A DNA stretch of 64,000 nucleotides from Cyanobacteriota bacterium. Its GTDB lineage: Bacteria; Cyanobacteriota; Cyanobacteriia; Cyanobacteriales; Nostocaceae. A program made the position numbers and the translations under genes. The notes under the pieces were generated by a model. It was not told where the DNA came from. It did not search any database and saw nothing but the letters and a program-made list of their open reading frames with translations. The DNA lies in contig JBJOKS010000001.1 of assembly GCA_046045965.1 (NCBI GenBank), forward strand, positions 183,118-247,117, in the 5' to 3' direction. Shown here piece by piece: positions 1-10,238 of the stretch. Position 1 is the stretch's first letter; each line of letters begins with the position of its first letter.

Positions 1-257
1 TAGTTTTGGCCTGCGGGTGATGGGATTATGGATAAGTAGAAAAAATTTTGATCTAGTTATAACTGCTGCATAATATCAGCTATCAATAATATTGTTTTAT
101 AATTATTTAGTAATACATACTGCTAATTCTTCTATGTCAGCAAACACTATAACAATAAGGTATTTAAGGATACCTAAGTTGCTGTTACCAGTTGGAAAAA
201 ACAGGATGAAAAAATATAAAACTGGAAAACCAACTGCTATTCCTCTATCCTCTATAT

Positions 258-878
258 TTATTGATCAATTTGCTCAGGTTTGGCGAAAATTGTGAGTAAT
301 ACTGGACCTAATAAATAATAATGCCCTAAACATAAAAGTCCTGCATTAGACCCTAGTTTTTCACGTTGTTCTTGATGATAAAATTTAACACTTGCTGGAG
401 AATTTGCCATCAATTGAGATGCTAAATTATTAGCAGTTATATCAACCAAATAAAAGCGTCCACCGGCAGCAAGTACCCGCGCAACTTCACTTAACACTCT
501 TTCTGGTTGAGAATAATGTAAGAAACTGATAGTGTTAAAAACAGCATCAAATTGACCTTCAGCAAAAGGAAGTAATTCCGCATTACCTTCAAGATAAATT
601 AAGCGGGGACGGTGCTGATTACTTTGTCTAGCAACCCGCAACATTTGGGGAGATAAATCTAATCCTGTACCACGTAAATTAGGAAATTGACTTGCTAATC
701 TATTGAGTAAGCGTCCAGTTCCACAACCTAAGTCAAGTACATTGGCATTTGCTGGAAGTTCAATTTTGGAAATTAATCTTTTATGGATAGCTTGGTAAAT
801 AAAAGAAGGAAATGTCCAATCGTAACTTGGGGCCCAACGATCAAAGAGTTGTTTTTTATTATTGATAAATTTACTCAT
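258..878 (-). CDS. Class I SAM-dependent methyltransferase (UbiE-like)
   Basis: VLDLGCGTG motif I, GLDLSPQML, 'LPFAEGQFDAV' motifs. Confidence 0.9.
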   Translation of the reverse strand: MSKFINNKKQLFDRWAPSYDWTFPSFIYQAIHKRLISKIELPANANVLDLGCGTGRLLNRLASQFPNLRGTGLDLSPQMLRVARQSNQHRPRLIYLEGNAELLPFAEGQFDAVFNTISFLHYSQPERVLSEVARVLAAGGRFYLVDITANNLASQLMANSPASVKFYHQEQREKLGSNAGLLCLGHYYLLGPVLLTIFAKPEQIDQ

Positions 879-960
879 AGGTGACTGCTTGGCATAGCTA
901 TATTTACTTCTATTGTAATTTTAATTGGCATAATTAGGGGTATAATCAGGGGGAAATTTA

Positions 961-995
961 AAATACCAGACTTCTCAAAAAAAGTCGGGTATCTT
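961..995. repeat. Dispersed palindrome family AGATCCC(C)GACTTCT..AGAAGTCGGGGATCT, copy 1
   Basis: aaataccagacttctcaaaaaaagtcgggtatctt; related copies near 11939, 17119, 19883, 23555. Confidence 0.65.
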
Positions 996-1008
996 GTTAC
1001 GCTAGTGA

Positions 1009-1608
1009 TCACAAAGTGGCTAAGAGTTCTTGTAATCTTTCCCTTCCGTCTCGAAATACAGACCAACCATCTCCGACTAAAACTGCTTGTACTTTTGTTA
1101 ATTCTGCTAATCTGCGAACTGAAGCAATAGCTTGTTCTCGATGTAGTAACTTGTTGTCTGCTAGGATGGTTAAGGTGTCGGCTGAAGGCGATCGCACTAA
1201 ATCACCAATGATTAAAGTTGTTTCCTCTAATAACAAAGCTATTTCACCGGGAGTTTTTGAACCTTGCAGTTCCATCACTTTTAGTCCTGGGACTAATTCT
1301 TCACCATCACTCAACCAGCGATCGCACACTATTGGGAAATTTTCCTTCTCAGCTACAGGTCCGGCAATTTTTGAGTATGTTTGATTAGCAATCTCCTTAG
1401 CTGCTCGTAGATGATCCGAGTTTGTCAGGACAATCCAAACCACACCACCGAGAGATTCTAGATGATTCCAGTCATGGTTTGATAAAGCTACTGGATCAAT
1501 TAAGATATTACCCTCTGGACGAATCCAGGCGAACCCATTGAAATCAATATTTCTTGTCGGGTTAAAACAAGACCAGGTATATAAATCGGGACGGTGCAGA
1601 GATTTCAT
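1009..1608 (-). CDS. MBL-fold metallo-hydrolase
   Basis: ILIDP, LTNSDHLR (degenerate HxHxDH), GSKTPGE, IIGD, LVGDG motifs. Confidence 0.8.
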   Translation of the reverse strand: MKSLHRPDLYTWSCFNPTRNIDFNGFAWIRPEGNILIDPVALSNHDWNHLESLGGVVWIVLTNSDHLRAAKEIANQTYSKIAGPVAEKENFPIVCDRWLSDGEELVPGLKVMELQGSKTPGEIALLLEETTLIIGDLVRSPSADTLTILADNKLLHREQAIASVRRLAELTKVQAVLVGDGWSVFRDGRERLQELLATL

Positions 1609-1798
1609 GATGATTCTGGCTTGTGAACCTGCGATAGTGTGTGTTTATGACATCAGTATCAATAATCTATCATTCATATTCACTTAGTTGCGAAAATTTT
1701 GCAATTTCCCTTATCTTAACCATTGGGAATTGAGCATGAGCTGGCTAAATACTGAACATTTTTATAACATCTATGTTTGAGAGTTTACTGATAGGAAA

Positions 1799-1921
1799 TA
1801 AGTAAGTCGGTGGGAAAAAACCGAAGTATGTAACAAAAAGTAAATTCACCAAAACCCTCTTCCCTGTTAAGAGTTCCCTCTGTACACAGATAATTTCAAA
1901 AATCAAATACCAGTCCTATAT
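1799..1921. mobile_element. Probable degenerate MITE-like dispersed element
   Basis: Start taagtaagtcgg..aaaaaaccga recurs at ~19968; end aaatcaaataccagtcctata resembles atcaaatagaagtcctat at ~6218; contains STRR-like ttccctg units. Confidence 0.4.
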
Positions 1922-2506
1922 TTCTACATTTTTAGGGGTCAAGCACATTGCTAAATCCTTGTTTATTTGGCTCTTCAGTACCTAATATGCTAAATTGTTC
2001 TGATAAAATCTGAAAAGGCTTACCGTATAAGGGAAATAATGTTGGTTATTGAAGAAAATGGCTGAAAATGTCTAAATATTCCCTCTTAATCTCTGTTCCC
2101 TGTTCCCTGTTCCCTCGAACTCAGGTTAAATTAGCATAACAAGTACGGTAGAACCGTTTATTTATGCAGTGGTAAAGATGTAATTTATGATCAAAAATCA
2201 GCCAAAAGATAGACGGCAAAAAGTAGTTAATTGAAGTTAATCAATACTGTAATCAACAAAAGATGACCTTAGTATTGAGCTAAAAATAACTCTTTATTAA
2301 GACACCGAACTTAAAATCTGAGAGTTTGGAAAATACTGCCAAAGTAGCAATAAATTCTCTGAAGTTTTTGTTAATATTCATTGTTGGAATTATCGGCTGA
2401 TAAATTCAGGGTTTCAAGCATTATTTACCCTGGAAAAAGTGGGAATTAATTTTGTATGAGTCCAATTCAGGACTAGAAATACACATCAAAAAAACAGGAG
2501 TATTTT

Positions 2507-2872
2507 ATGATGATGATGATGATGACTGAATCTATGACTACCGAAATGCAAACTTGCATGAATGCTTGCATGGAATGTCATAAAATTTGCTTGGAAACCA
2601 TGACTTACTGCATGAGTAAAGGCGGTAGGTACATGGATATGGGGATGATGAGCATCATGCGTGACTGCTCAGAAATGTGCATGATGTGTACGAATATGAT
2701 GATGAGTGGTTCCGAGTTTATGGATCGTACTTGTATGTTGTGTGCGGAAATGTGCGATCGCTGTGCCGCAGCTTGTGAAACAATCAGTGATGATAGCAAG
2801 ATGCTGGATTGTGCCGCTGCTTGTCGCAGATGTGCAGAAACTTGCAGATCCATGCAAATGGTGCGTGCTTAA
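2507..2872 (+). CDS. Four-helix-bundle copper storage protein (Csp3/DUF326-like), very Met-rich
   Basis: Repeated CxxxCxxC motifs (CMNACMECHKIC, CAEMCDRCAAAC, CAAACRRCAETC); AGGAG RBS upstream. Confidence 0.85.
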   Translation: MMMMMMTESMTTEMQTCMNACMECHKICLETMTYCMSKGGRYMDMGMMSIMRDCSEMCMMCTNMMMSGSEFMDRTCMLCAEMCDRCAAACETISDDSKMLDCAAACRRCAETCRSMQMVRA

Positions 2873-2921
2873 TTTGATGAACTAGCAGATTAACTAACAT
2901 AACTTACTCTGCGACCTATTC

Positions 2922-2962
2922 AGGCGCTCAAGCTGTTTTAGTTTGGGTGCTTACTGTTTTTT
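2922..2962 (+). terminator. Probable intrinsic terminator of the Csp-like gene
   Basis: ggcgctcaagct/agtttgggtgct stem (with G-U pairs) followed by a T-run. Confidence 0.5.
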
Positions 2963-3029
2963 AAACAGATTTTTCTGGATCTGAAAACAGAGGATGAATT
3001 AAAATGAGAATAAACAGCGAGTAGGAAAT

Positions 3030-3479
3030 ATGAGTAAAACATCAGTCAAAAATCTATACGAACAAGATTTTTCTCTTTGGGTTGAGGATACAGTCAGTAA
3101 ATTAAAAGCACGAGACAATGATAATTTAGATTGGGATAATTTAATTGAAGAGGTAGAGTCTTTGGGGAAAAGTCAGCGTAAAACTGTCAGGAGTTTTTTG
3201 GTGCGTTTATTGGAACATCTGTTAAAGCGGTGTTATGTACCAATGTCAGACTGTTATCGGGGTTGGGAAATTGAAATCAGGAATTTTCGTCAACGTTTAC
3301 AAATTGAGTTAGAAGACTCACCGAGTTTAAAAGGTTTTGTTTTAGAAATTCTTGATAAGAGTTATGAAATGGCTTTGGAAAATGTCAGAGATGGTTATCC
3401 TGAAATTTATTTTTCTGATGTTTGTCCATTTCCCAGTGATGTAGATGCTTTGTTAACTAAGAAGTTGTGGGAAGAATAA
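3030..3479 (+). CDS. DUF29 family protein
   Basis: LYEQDFSLW..LDWDNLIEEVESLG..LLEHLLK..SPSLK..CPF signature. Confidence 0.9.
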   Translation: MSKTSVKNLYEQDFSLWVEDTVSKLKARDNDNLDWDNLIEEVESLGKSQRKTVRSFLVRLLEHLLKRCYVPMSDCYRGWEIEIRNFRQRLQIELEDSPSLKGFVLEILDKSYEMALENVRDGYPEIYFSDVCPFPSDVDALLTKKLWEE

Positions 3480-3987
3480 TGATTATTTGTGGTAGGGGTT
3501 TAGCATAACGCAGCTTCATTAGCATAAAATCTCTTATTTGTCAATGCCTCAATCTCTAACCCTCAAACAACAGCATCGGATTTTGGCAAAATTTGTTTCA
3601 GAAGTCCTTGATTAATTTATTAAGTTTTGTATTATTTATAGTTTGCAATTTCTGAAGTGTTTATAGATAAAGGCTTTCAAAGTTATACTCTCAACTCAAT
3701 CTTACAAATAGGCACAATAATCGAAATTACAAATTTTCATAAATCATAGCAGATCGCTGAAAGTATTGCAACCTCGTTGATAAATAGAAATAATTTTCAA
3801 TTAATTATTAAGAAAATATAAAGGAGAAATTCTGAAAATTATAAATTTTTAAACTATTTGGAAGTTATCATAAGCCTTGCTTATTAAATACCCAAGGGAG
3901 TACGCTATCAGACATTTCTATTAAACTAGAGGCAGAGCCTCTTAATGGCATTCCCAGCCGGAGACTGGGAACGAGAGGACGAGAAGA

Positions 3988-5577
3988 TTAAAGAATATTT
4001 AGAATCCTCCTTAATAAGGCTTGATCTTCTGGTTTAGGTTTAAGACGACCATTTTCTACATCTCGAATCCAACTTTGACTTTTACCTGTCAGCTTTGCTA
4101 ATTCCCTTTGGGAAATGTTGATACTTTTGCGGGCTTGTAAAACCTGTTCAGCTAATAAATCATCTGGGTTTTTGAGAACTCTTTTATTCCTCACATTACG
4201 CCGCTTTTTTTTCTCAGCTTCTGAACTTAACTGTTCCCATTCTGGAGGTAGTTCAAAAGATAAAATCCGGGCATTCATCAGCATATTCCATTTACCACGG
4301 GGTCCGCTATCTGTGAGGCGATGATCACCACCACCGTCATTAATCCAAAATTCCAAAGCCTCATCTGGATCTTCGGGAATATCAACTAATTTAGCCCACA
4401 AAGGTTGGATTTCTGTTGGGTAGGTAACAGGGTCAAAAATTGCCTTGACTCCATAATGATTGAGAACTTCCAAATCATTTTCAAATGTTCGCAATAAACG
4501 TTTACGTTCATCCCGTAATCTGGAAGCTAGGTTAATTTTTTCCTCGCCATAAGCAACACGCAGTAAAGTAGGAACAGTGATGCGTTGCTCTCTACCCATT
4601 TTGGTTTTAAAAAGTAACCATAACATCAATCTTACTGCACCTTCATGTTGCTGCCAAAGACTCATAACTGTAGTTAACAGCGTTTTTGGTAGACTACCAT
4701 ATTGATAGAAACCAGTACGCTCTTTACAGCCTTGTTTATTTAAGAAATGCTGCGACCAAATACCGGCTTTGACTTTAAATGTCAACCCGATCAGATATTT
4801 ACACCCTTGGTTATCTTCTTGAAAGTGATGCTGAATATCTGTTAAATTCCACAAACGACTTTCTTGCACAGAAAAGCCGGGAACTTTACCCCGTTGCGGC
4901 CAGTCAATGGAAACAACAAGTGAGCAAGCTTGTTGAACGATGTTCTTGATTAAACATAGCTTGGCGATTTTATTGAGGTCTTTGCGTTTTTCTAACCCCA
5001 AGTATTTTTCAATTTGGCGTTCATCAATCGCAAATTCTTGTTCCCACGGTTGATCTAAGGCTGTAGCATGGGCAGCAAAAATCAGATGAATACAAGCAGC
5101 ACGAATATCAAGATTTTCAATTGCTTGTACATTTTGAGCTAGGTTGCTAACTTGAAATGAGTCCTGGATGTGAAAAGAAATTGTACCCCGACCTTGATTA
5201 ACTTGTCGGCTATAGTGTAAATTACCTTCTGCATCTGTTTCCCAATTTAATGATTTACGTTGTGCTAGTAGGTTGCAAGCTTCCCAGATAACTATAGCCG
5301 AAGCAAAGGGGTGATTTTTGCCATTAGAAAACAAATCAGGGCTGGTAGGTTCTCGCGCTTCAACTTTGCATCTGCCTTTTTTTGCTTGCCAAGGTATAGG
5401 AGACTTTGTTGGACAAGCAATTACACATTGCGGTTCTGGATAGTAACCCTCGCAATTGTTACAAAGACAAGGATCTATCCAATATTCGTTATTTTCGATT
5501 TTGATTGCACCCGTAGGACATTGGGGGCGGCAGTTATTACATCCATCGCAATTTTTGTTAGGAATTGTATAAGGCAT
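3988..5577 (-). CDS. cnfR: CnfR/PatB, transcriptional activator of nif genes (N-terminal 2x[4Fe-4S], C-terminal XRE-type HTH)
   Basis: MPYTIP start; CDGCNNCRPQCP and CNNCEG..C...CP ferredoxin motifs; C-terminal SQRELAKLTGKSQSWIRDVENG HTH; linked to fdxB-cox. Start placed at ATG 5577 rather than the track's 5661. Confidence 0.92.
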   Translation of the reverse strand: MPYTIPNKNCDGCNNCRPQCPTGAIKIENNEYWIDPCLCNNCEGYYPEPQCVIACPTKSPIPWQAKKGRCKVEAREPTSPDLFSNGKNHPFASAIVIWEACNLLAQRKSLNWETDAEGNLHYSRQVNQGRGTISFHIQDSFQVSNLAQNVQAIENLDIRAACIHLIFAAHATALDQPWEQEFAIDERQIEKYLGLEKRKDLNKIAKLCLIKNIVQQACSLVVSIDWPQRGKVPGFSVQESRLWNLTDIQHHFQEDNQGCKYLIGLTFKVKAGIWSQHFLNKQGCKERTGFYQYGSLPKTLLTTVMSLWQQHEGAVRLMLWLLFKTKMGREQRITVPTLLRVAYGEEKINLASRLRDERKRLLRTFENDLEVLNHYGVKAIFDPVTYPTEIQPLWAKLVDIPEDPDEALEFWINDGGGDHRLTDSGPRGKWNMLMNARILSFELPPEWEQLSSEAEKKKRRNVRNKRVLKNPDDLLAEQVLQARKSINISQRELAKLTGKSQSWIRDVENGRLKPKPEDQALLRRILNIL

Positions 5578-5955
5578 AAGGCTTTTTCCTACTCCAATTG
5601 CTGAGATGTTTGGCTCAAGTCTCCCCTCCATGTCTCTTCTTGATTCATAACTTGCTACCAAATTATCTCCATGACCAGAAAAGTGATTCTCGCCTCACTA
5701 ATTACTGACATCCAAGGATGTTATTTTGTATCCAATGGGAAGCTATTTAAGTCCTTGAAACTCAGGCTTCATTGCTTCTTCATTAACTATACATTTCATA
5801 AAGATTTCAATAAGAGTGTTCATCATGAGCTTGGGATGATTTCTTAATCTTTGCCTAAATTTTTAGGCTCGTTATCGCTTATTTTTGACATCAAAATATC
5901 AGCAAATTGTTTTTGATTAACATCTTGAATTATTCGGAGTAGGGGAAATTTAACT

Positions 5956-6070
5956 TACAGCAGCATATGGCTTACGCCTCGCTACGCTATCAGGAGTCAG
6001 GAGTAAAACTGGCGAATGTGTATAGGTTTAAATTTAGATTGTGTACCTCATTGATCTGTAATCTGCTATA
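5956..6070. mobile_element. Probable MITE-like element with short terminal inverted repeats and an internal small dispersed repeat
   Basis: tacagcag...ctgctata ends; internal atggcttacgcctcgctacgctatcaggag matches the reverse complement of 42039-42068. Confidence 0.45.
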
Positions 6071-6349
6071 ATAATGTTATTAACCCTTAACGTAATCTTG
6101 TTTTTGCCATTAAAGGTACAGTATTTTCTAAAATGTATAGCAGTTAAAAATTTTCGTTATCAACAAGCAGGAGGGAAGAGGATAATATAAAATTAGGTGT
6201 ACCGAATTTTTTAAATGATCAAATAGAAGTCCTATCTTTGATTGGGAAAATTACTCATCTTTCCCAGAAATAATGAGACTTAAATCAGTTTAAGTTTAGC
6301 CAAGTTTTGTATAGCAAAAATGGTCAATGCTTGTCCTTGTCCAATCAGG

Positions 6350-6724
6350 TTAAAAAACTGGTGTTTTACTCCGCAAAGCTTTCAGGCTTTCAGCTTGCTT
6401 GATTACACGTTCAGTAATGCGATCGCACACTAACTCACAAACTTCAAAAATCATCGGATCAGCAATCTCATAAAAGGCACTTGTACCTTTGGTCTGACGA
6501 GATAAAATTCCTGCTTGAGTCAACACTTTCAGATGCTTGGATAAATTTGCTTGCCCCAAACCAGTCACTTCCGCAATTTCCATCACATTCATTGCACCTG
6601 ACTTCAGACAAGTCAAAATCTGTAACCGACTCGCCTCTGATAGCACTTTGAAATAGTCAGCAACCGCCAAAAGAATGGCTGGATCAGCATCGGATGGCTT
6701 CGTTTTTGGCATAGAACAACTCAA
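6350..6724 (-). CDS. ArsR/SmtB family transcriptional regulator (Cys in helix 2 and CxxxC near the C-terminus)
   Basis: FKVLSEASRLQIL, QANLSKHLKVL..AGIL winged-HTH pattern; start may be ATG 6712. Confidence 0.9.
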   Translation of the reverse strand: MSCSMPKTKPSDADPAILLAVADYFKVLSEASRLQILTCLKSGAMNVMEIAEVTGLGQANLSKHLKVLTQAGILSRQTKGTSAFYEIADPMIFEVCELVCDRITERVIKQAESLKALRSKTPVF

Positions 6725-6746
6725 TCCTTAGTACAATAGTTATTTC

Positions 6747-6762
6747 ATAACTAATTAGCATT
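6747..6762 (-). promoter_or_regulatory. Putative operator (AATGCT-AATT-AGTTAT on minus) overlapping a TATAAT -10 for the ArsR gene
   Basis: Plus-strand ATAACTAATTAGCATT; minus-strand TATAAT at 6765-6760. Confidence 0.5.
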
Positions 6763-6815
6763 ATAACTAACTGTTAATTCACTGCGGTGAAAAAAAGTCA
6801 AACTGATCTGCTAAG

Positions 6816-6831
6816 ATTACTGTAAAGTTAT
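6816..6831 (+). promoter_or_regulatory. Putative operator ATTACT-GTAA-AGTTAT overlapping an extended -10 (TGcTAAGAT) of hetL
   Basis: One mismatch to the perfect palindrome at 8963-8978; 49 nt upstream of the hetL ATG. Confidence 0.55.
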
Positions 6832-6879
6832 TTAGTTAATAAGTCGATAACTGTCTTATTTACAAAATTGTAAAAATTT

Positions 6880-7593
6880 ATGGATGTAAAAGAAATTTTA
6901 AACCGTTATCAGGCAGGAGAGCGCAGCTTTCAGCGCATCAATCTACAAGAAGCAGAGCTAACAAATGCTAACCTCACAGGAGCAGATTTTAGTTACGCTG
7001 ACTTACGTCAAACACGACTTGGTAAAAGTAACTTCAGCCAAGCTTGTATGCGCGAAGCAGACCTAAGTGAAGCCATCCTGTGGGGAACAGACTTGAGTTC
7101 CGCAGACTTGTATCGTGCCATTTTACGTGAGGCTGATTTGACTGGTGCAAAGCTTATTAAGACCCAACTAAATGAAGCTAACTTAATCAGAACAAGTTTA
7201 TGTGGTGCTAATTTACATGGTGCAGAACTCTCTCGTGTGCTGCTAATTCAAGCAGATTTACGTCCCAGTTCTGATCAGCGCACAGACTTAGGATATGCGA
7301 TTTTGACAGGAGCAGATTTGAGTTACGCTGACCTAAGAACCGCTTCACTGCACCATGCTAATTTAGATCATGCTAAGTTATGTCGAGCTAATTTAGGTCG
7401 AATCATTCAATGGGGAGATGTTACCACAGATTTGACTGGAGCTAGTTTACAAGGTGCGGATTTAAGTTATGCAAATCTCACTCATGCAATTTTGCGAAAA
7501 GCAAATTTACAAGGAGCAGATTTAACAGGAACAATTCTTGATGATGCTGATTTAGAAGGGGCAATTATGCCTGATGGAACAGTAGCGAGTTGA
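6880..7593 (+). CDS. hetL: HetL pentapeptide-repeat protein (heterocyst differentiation)
   Basis: 237 aa of A(D/N)Lxx repeats with the two HetL-type loop insertions (LRPSSDQRTDLG; GRIIQWGD) and an IMPDG end, matching my recollection of Nostoc PCC 7120 HetL. Confidence 0.85.
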   Translation: MDVKEILNRYQAGERSFQRINLQEAELTNANLTGADFSYADLRQTRLGKSNFSQACMREADLSEAILWGTDLSSADLYRAILREADLTGAKLIKTQLNEANLIRTSLCGANLHGAELSRVLLIQADLRPSSDQRTDLGYAILTGADLSYADLRTASLHHANLDHAKLCRANLGRIIQWGDVTTDLTGASLQGADLSYANLTHAILRKANLQGADLTGTILDDADLEGAIMPDGTVAS

Positions 7594-7805
7594 CATATTA
7601 CAGAGGACAAAGAGTTTAAGCAATCTTCCTTTCTTCCTTTGCTCCTTTGCGCCTTTGCTCCTTAGCGCCTACCCTTCGGGATCTCCTGACGGAGATTGCG
7701 CGAAATCATTTCTTCTAAAAAAACGAAGTTGGGTTAAAAACAACCCAACCCAAATCATTTAACTTACCTTTGGGGGTGAAAGTCCCCGGCTTCTACAAGC
7801 AGCGG

Positions 7806-7839
7806 GTTTTGCGTCGGGGTAAAATCCCCGTTGCAAAAC
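7806..7839. terminator. Hairpin between convergent hetL and acsF (repeat-derived, possible bidirectional terminator)
   Basis: gttttgc-gt-cgggg-taaaat-ccccg-tt-gcaaaac. Confidence 0.45.
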
Positions 7840-7876
7840 GTAATTCTACATTCTAAATTCTCAATTCTTCATTCTT

Positions 7877-8932
7877 TTAACGCACAGTTCCCCGTAAAGC
7901 TTCCGTATCAATCGGTTTAATTAAATAAACAAGTAGAAGATTCCAAACAATTGCTATTATTAAAGGCAATTTACGGATAAATTTCACTACTTTAGGTTGA
8001 GAACTACGCTCAATTGCTGAGATTTGCAAATTGTAATCAGAGCAGTTTTGCAGACGTGGGAAAAACTGAGGATGTTCAGTATTTAACATCACCGGAAAAG
8101 CGCGTCCCGCAGTTTCATTAGTGTTGCGAACCACTTCGTGATCAAATTCTGTGGGTTCAAGTCCCAGTAAATGGTAGAAACTACCTCGTTCGTGAACCGT
8201 CAAAGTATGGGTAGCAAATACCGATAACAAGAAAAACCGACTCCAGAGTTTTGATTTCCAATTATTCCAGAGTTTGGGTTGAGAACGTAACAAAGCCTTG
8301 AATATATCCCCATGTCGGTTTTCGTCCTGACACCAACTCTCAAATTTACGGAAAATTGGGTAAAACTGATGCTCTGGATGCTTTTGTAAATGGTGATAAA
8401 TAATGATGTAGCGCCAATAACCGATCTTTTCTGATAAGTAAACAGTATAAAGCACCCATTCCAGCGGGAAAAACGTATAGGTGCGGGTTTTCGTAACTTC
8501 ACCTAAGTCCAGGGAAAGTTTAAAATCACCCATCGCTTTATTCAAAAATCCCGCATGACGAGCTTCATCACGCGCCATCAGTTGAAATATTTCCGCTAAT
8601 AAAGGATTACGTTGTTTCAGCTTCCGTGATAATTCTTTAAATAGCAAAAACCCCGAAAACTCAGAAATACAAGAGCGTTCCAAATACTCAATAAAGGATT
8701 TACGTGCTTCACCATCAATGTGTTCCCAGGACCGTTCAAACTCTTCATCCCGCACGAAGTGATGGCGGTTGTAGTCTGCTTGCATTTCTGCCAACATTGC
8801 TTGTAGTTCTGTTTCTTGGGCAGAAAGATCCAAATTAGCAGCGGTTTCAAAGTCTGTGGTGTAAAACCGGGGAGTAAGTACGGTTTCTTGACTTGGGGTT
8901 TTAATTCCAGGCTTGGGTAGGGTATTAACCAT
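7877..8932 (-). CDS. acsF: Mg-protoporphyrin IX monomethyl ester oxidative cyclase (AcsF/ChlA)
   Basis: LTPRFYTTDF, SEFSGFLL, RDEARHAGF, YLSEKIGYWRY, QDENRHGD di-iron motifs. Confidence 0.95.
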   Translation of the reverse strand: MVNTLPKPGIKTPSQETVLTPRFYTTDFETAANLDLSAQETELQAMLAEMQADYNRHHFVRDEEFERSWEHIDGEARKSFIEYLERSCISEFSGFLLFKELSRKLKQRNPLLAEIFQLMARDEARHAGFLNKAMGDFKLSLDLGEVTKTRTYTFFPLEWVLYTVYLSEKIGYWRYIIIYHHLQKHPEHQFYPIFRKFESWCQDENRHGDIFKALLRSQPKLWNNWKSKLWSRFFLLSVFATHTLTVHERGSFYHLLGLEPTEFDHEVVRNTNETAGRAFPVMLNTEHPQFFPRLQNCSDYNLQISAIERSSQPKVVKFIRKLPLIIAIVWNLLLVYLIKPIDTEALRGTVR

Positions 8933-8962
8933 GATTCCTCTATTTATTTGTTTAATACTTAC

Positions 8963-8978
8963 ATAACTAAAAAGTTAT
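8963..8978. promoter_or_regulatory. Perfect palindrome ATAACT-AAAA-AGTTAT just downstream of a TATAGT -10 for acsF
   Basis: cATAACTaaaaAGTTATg; minus-strand TATAGT at 8988-8983. Confidence 0.6.
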
Positions 8979-9111
8979 GATAACTATAGTTCTTTGACTA
9001 GATTCTGTAGCTAAAGCTTTACAAACTGATACAAAAATCCTAAAAATTACCAGCTTTTTCAAAGGTTCTGACTTGTTAAGTTTTGTATATTATTAATGGT
9101 TTTTTAGCTTA

Positions 9112-9127
9112 ATAGCTATAGAGTTAT
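9112..9127 (+). promoter_or_regulatory. Putative operator ATAGCT-ATAG-AGTTAT upstream of hemF
   Basis: One mismatch to the 8963 palindrome; 46 nt before the hemF ATG. Confidence 0.55.
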
Positions 9128-9172
9128 GAATTGAAGTAAAAACTCTGCGTAAGAGATGAAGAGGTATTCAGC

Positions 9173-10231
9173 ATGAACCGTCATTCAGAGAATCATCTGC
9201 AAGAATTCACAAGTCAAACCATAGTGCTTGCACCTCCAGTTAACGTAGTCAACACAGCACCTGTTAATTCTCGCCAAAGAGCGAAGCAGTTGATGTTAGA
9301 CATACAGGATCAAATTTGTGCTGGTTTAGAACAACTTGATGGAGAAGCACGTTTTCGGGAAGACCTTTGGGAACGAGCAGAAGGTGGTCAAGGACGCACC
9401 CGTGTAATTCGGGAAGGACGGATATTTGAACAAGGTGGAGTTAATTTTTCAGAAGTGTGGGGAGATAGTTTACCTGCGGCAATTTTAACCCAACGTCCAG
9501 AAGCGGCCGGACATGACTTTTTTGTGACTGGTACTTCAATGGTGTTGCATCCTCGTAGTCCTTATATTCCAACGGTACACCTTAACTATCGTTATTTTGA
9601 AGCAGGTCCAATTTGGTGGTTTGGTGGTGGTGCTGATTTAACGCCATACTATCCTTTTGTTGAAGATGCTGTTCATTTTCATCAAACTTTAAAAGCTGCT
9701 TGTGATGCTTCCCATCCAGAATATTATCCGGCGTTTAAACGCTGGTGTGATGAATACTTTTATTTAAGGCATCGTCAAGAACAACGGGGTATTGGCGGTA
9801 TATTTTTTGATTATCAAGATGCTAGTGGTAAACTTTACGTAGGTTCTCAACCAGATAGTCAAGCTGCACTCTACAGCCAGCAAGTTGGATCTGTATCTCG
9901 TAATTGGGAAGATATGTTTGCGTTTGTACAACGTTGTGGTGAAGCATTTTTACCTGCTTATTTACCTATTGCGGAAAGACGACAAAATATAGAATATAGC
10001 GATCGCCAGCGTCAATTTCAATTATACCGTCGCGGTCGTTACGTTGAATTTAACCTAGTGTACGACCGGGGAACGGTGTTTGGGTTGCAAACCAATGGCC
10101 GGACAGAATCTATTTTAATGTCTTTACCACCGCTAACACGCTGGGAATATGGTTATCAACCAGAACCAGGAAGTCCCGAAGCTCAACTTACGGAAATCTT
10201 TCTTCAGCCTCAAGATTGGGTAAATAGGTAA
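9173..10231 (+). CDS. hemF: Oxygen-dependent coproporphyrinogen III oxidase
   Basis: [49 protein letters not shown]. Confidence 0.95.
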   Translation: MNRHSENHLQEFTSQTIVLAPPVNVVNTAPVNSRQRAKQLMLDIQDQICAGLEQLDGEARFREDLWERAEGGQGRTRVIREGRIFEQGGVNFSEVWGDSLPAAILTQRPEAAGHDFFVTGTSMVLHPRSPYIPTVHLNYRYFEAGPIWWFGGGADLTPYYPFVEDAVHFHQTLKAACDASHPEYYPAFKRWCDEYFYLRHRQEQRGIGGIFFDYQDASGKLYVGSQPDSQAALYSQQVGSVSRNWEDMFAFVQRCGEAFLPAYLPIAERRQNIEYSDRQRQFQLYRRGRYVEFNLVYDRGTVFGLQTNGRTESILMSLPPLTRWEYGYQPEPGSPEAQLTEIFLQPQDWVNR

Positions 10232-10238
10232 TAGGTAA

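Noticed and set aside
1..295. Short ORF 92-295 and a possible partial gene at the window start
   Set aside because: AT-rich, no recognisable motifs, overlaps the methyltransferase 3' end.
5660..6349. Canonical NtcA (GTA-N8-TAC) or DIF1 (TCCGGA) sites upstream of cnfR; also looked upstream of coxB
   Set aside because: Only imperfect matches seen (e.g. TTCGGA at ~5934, ACCGGA at ~11988); not enough to call.
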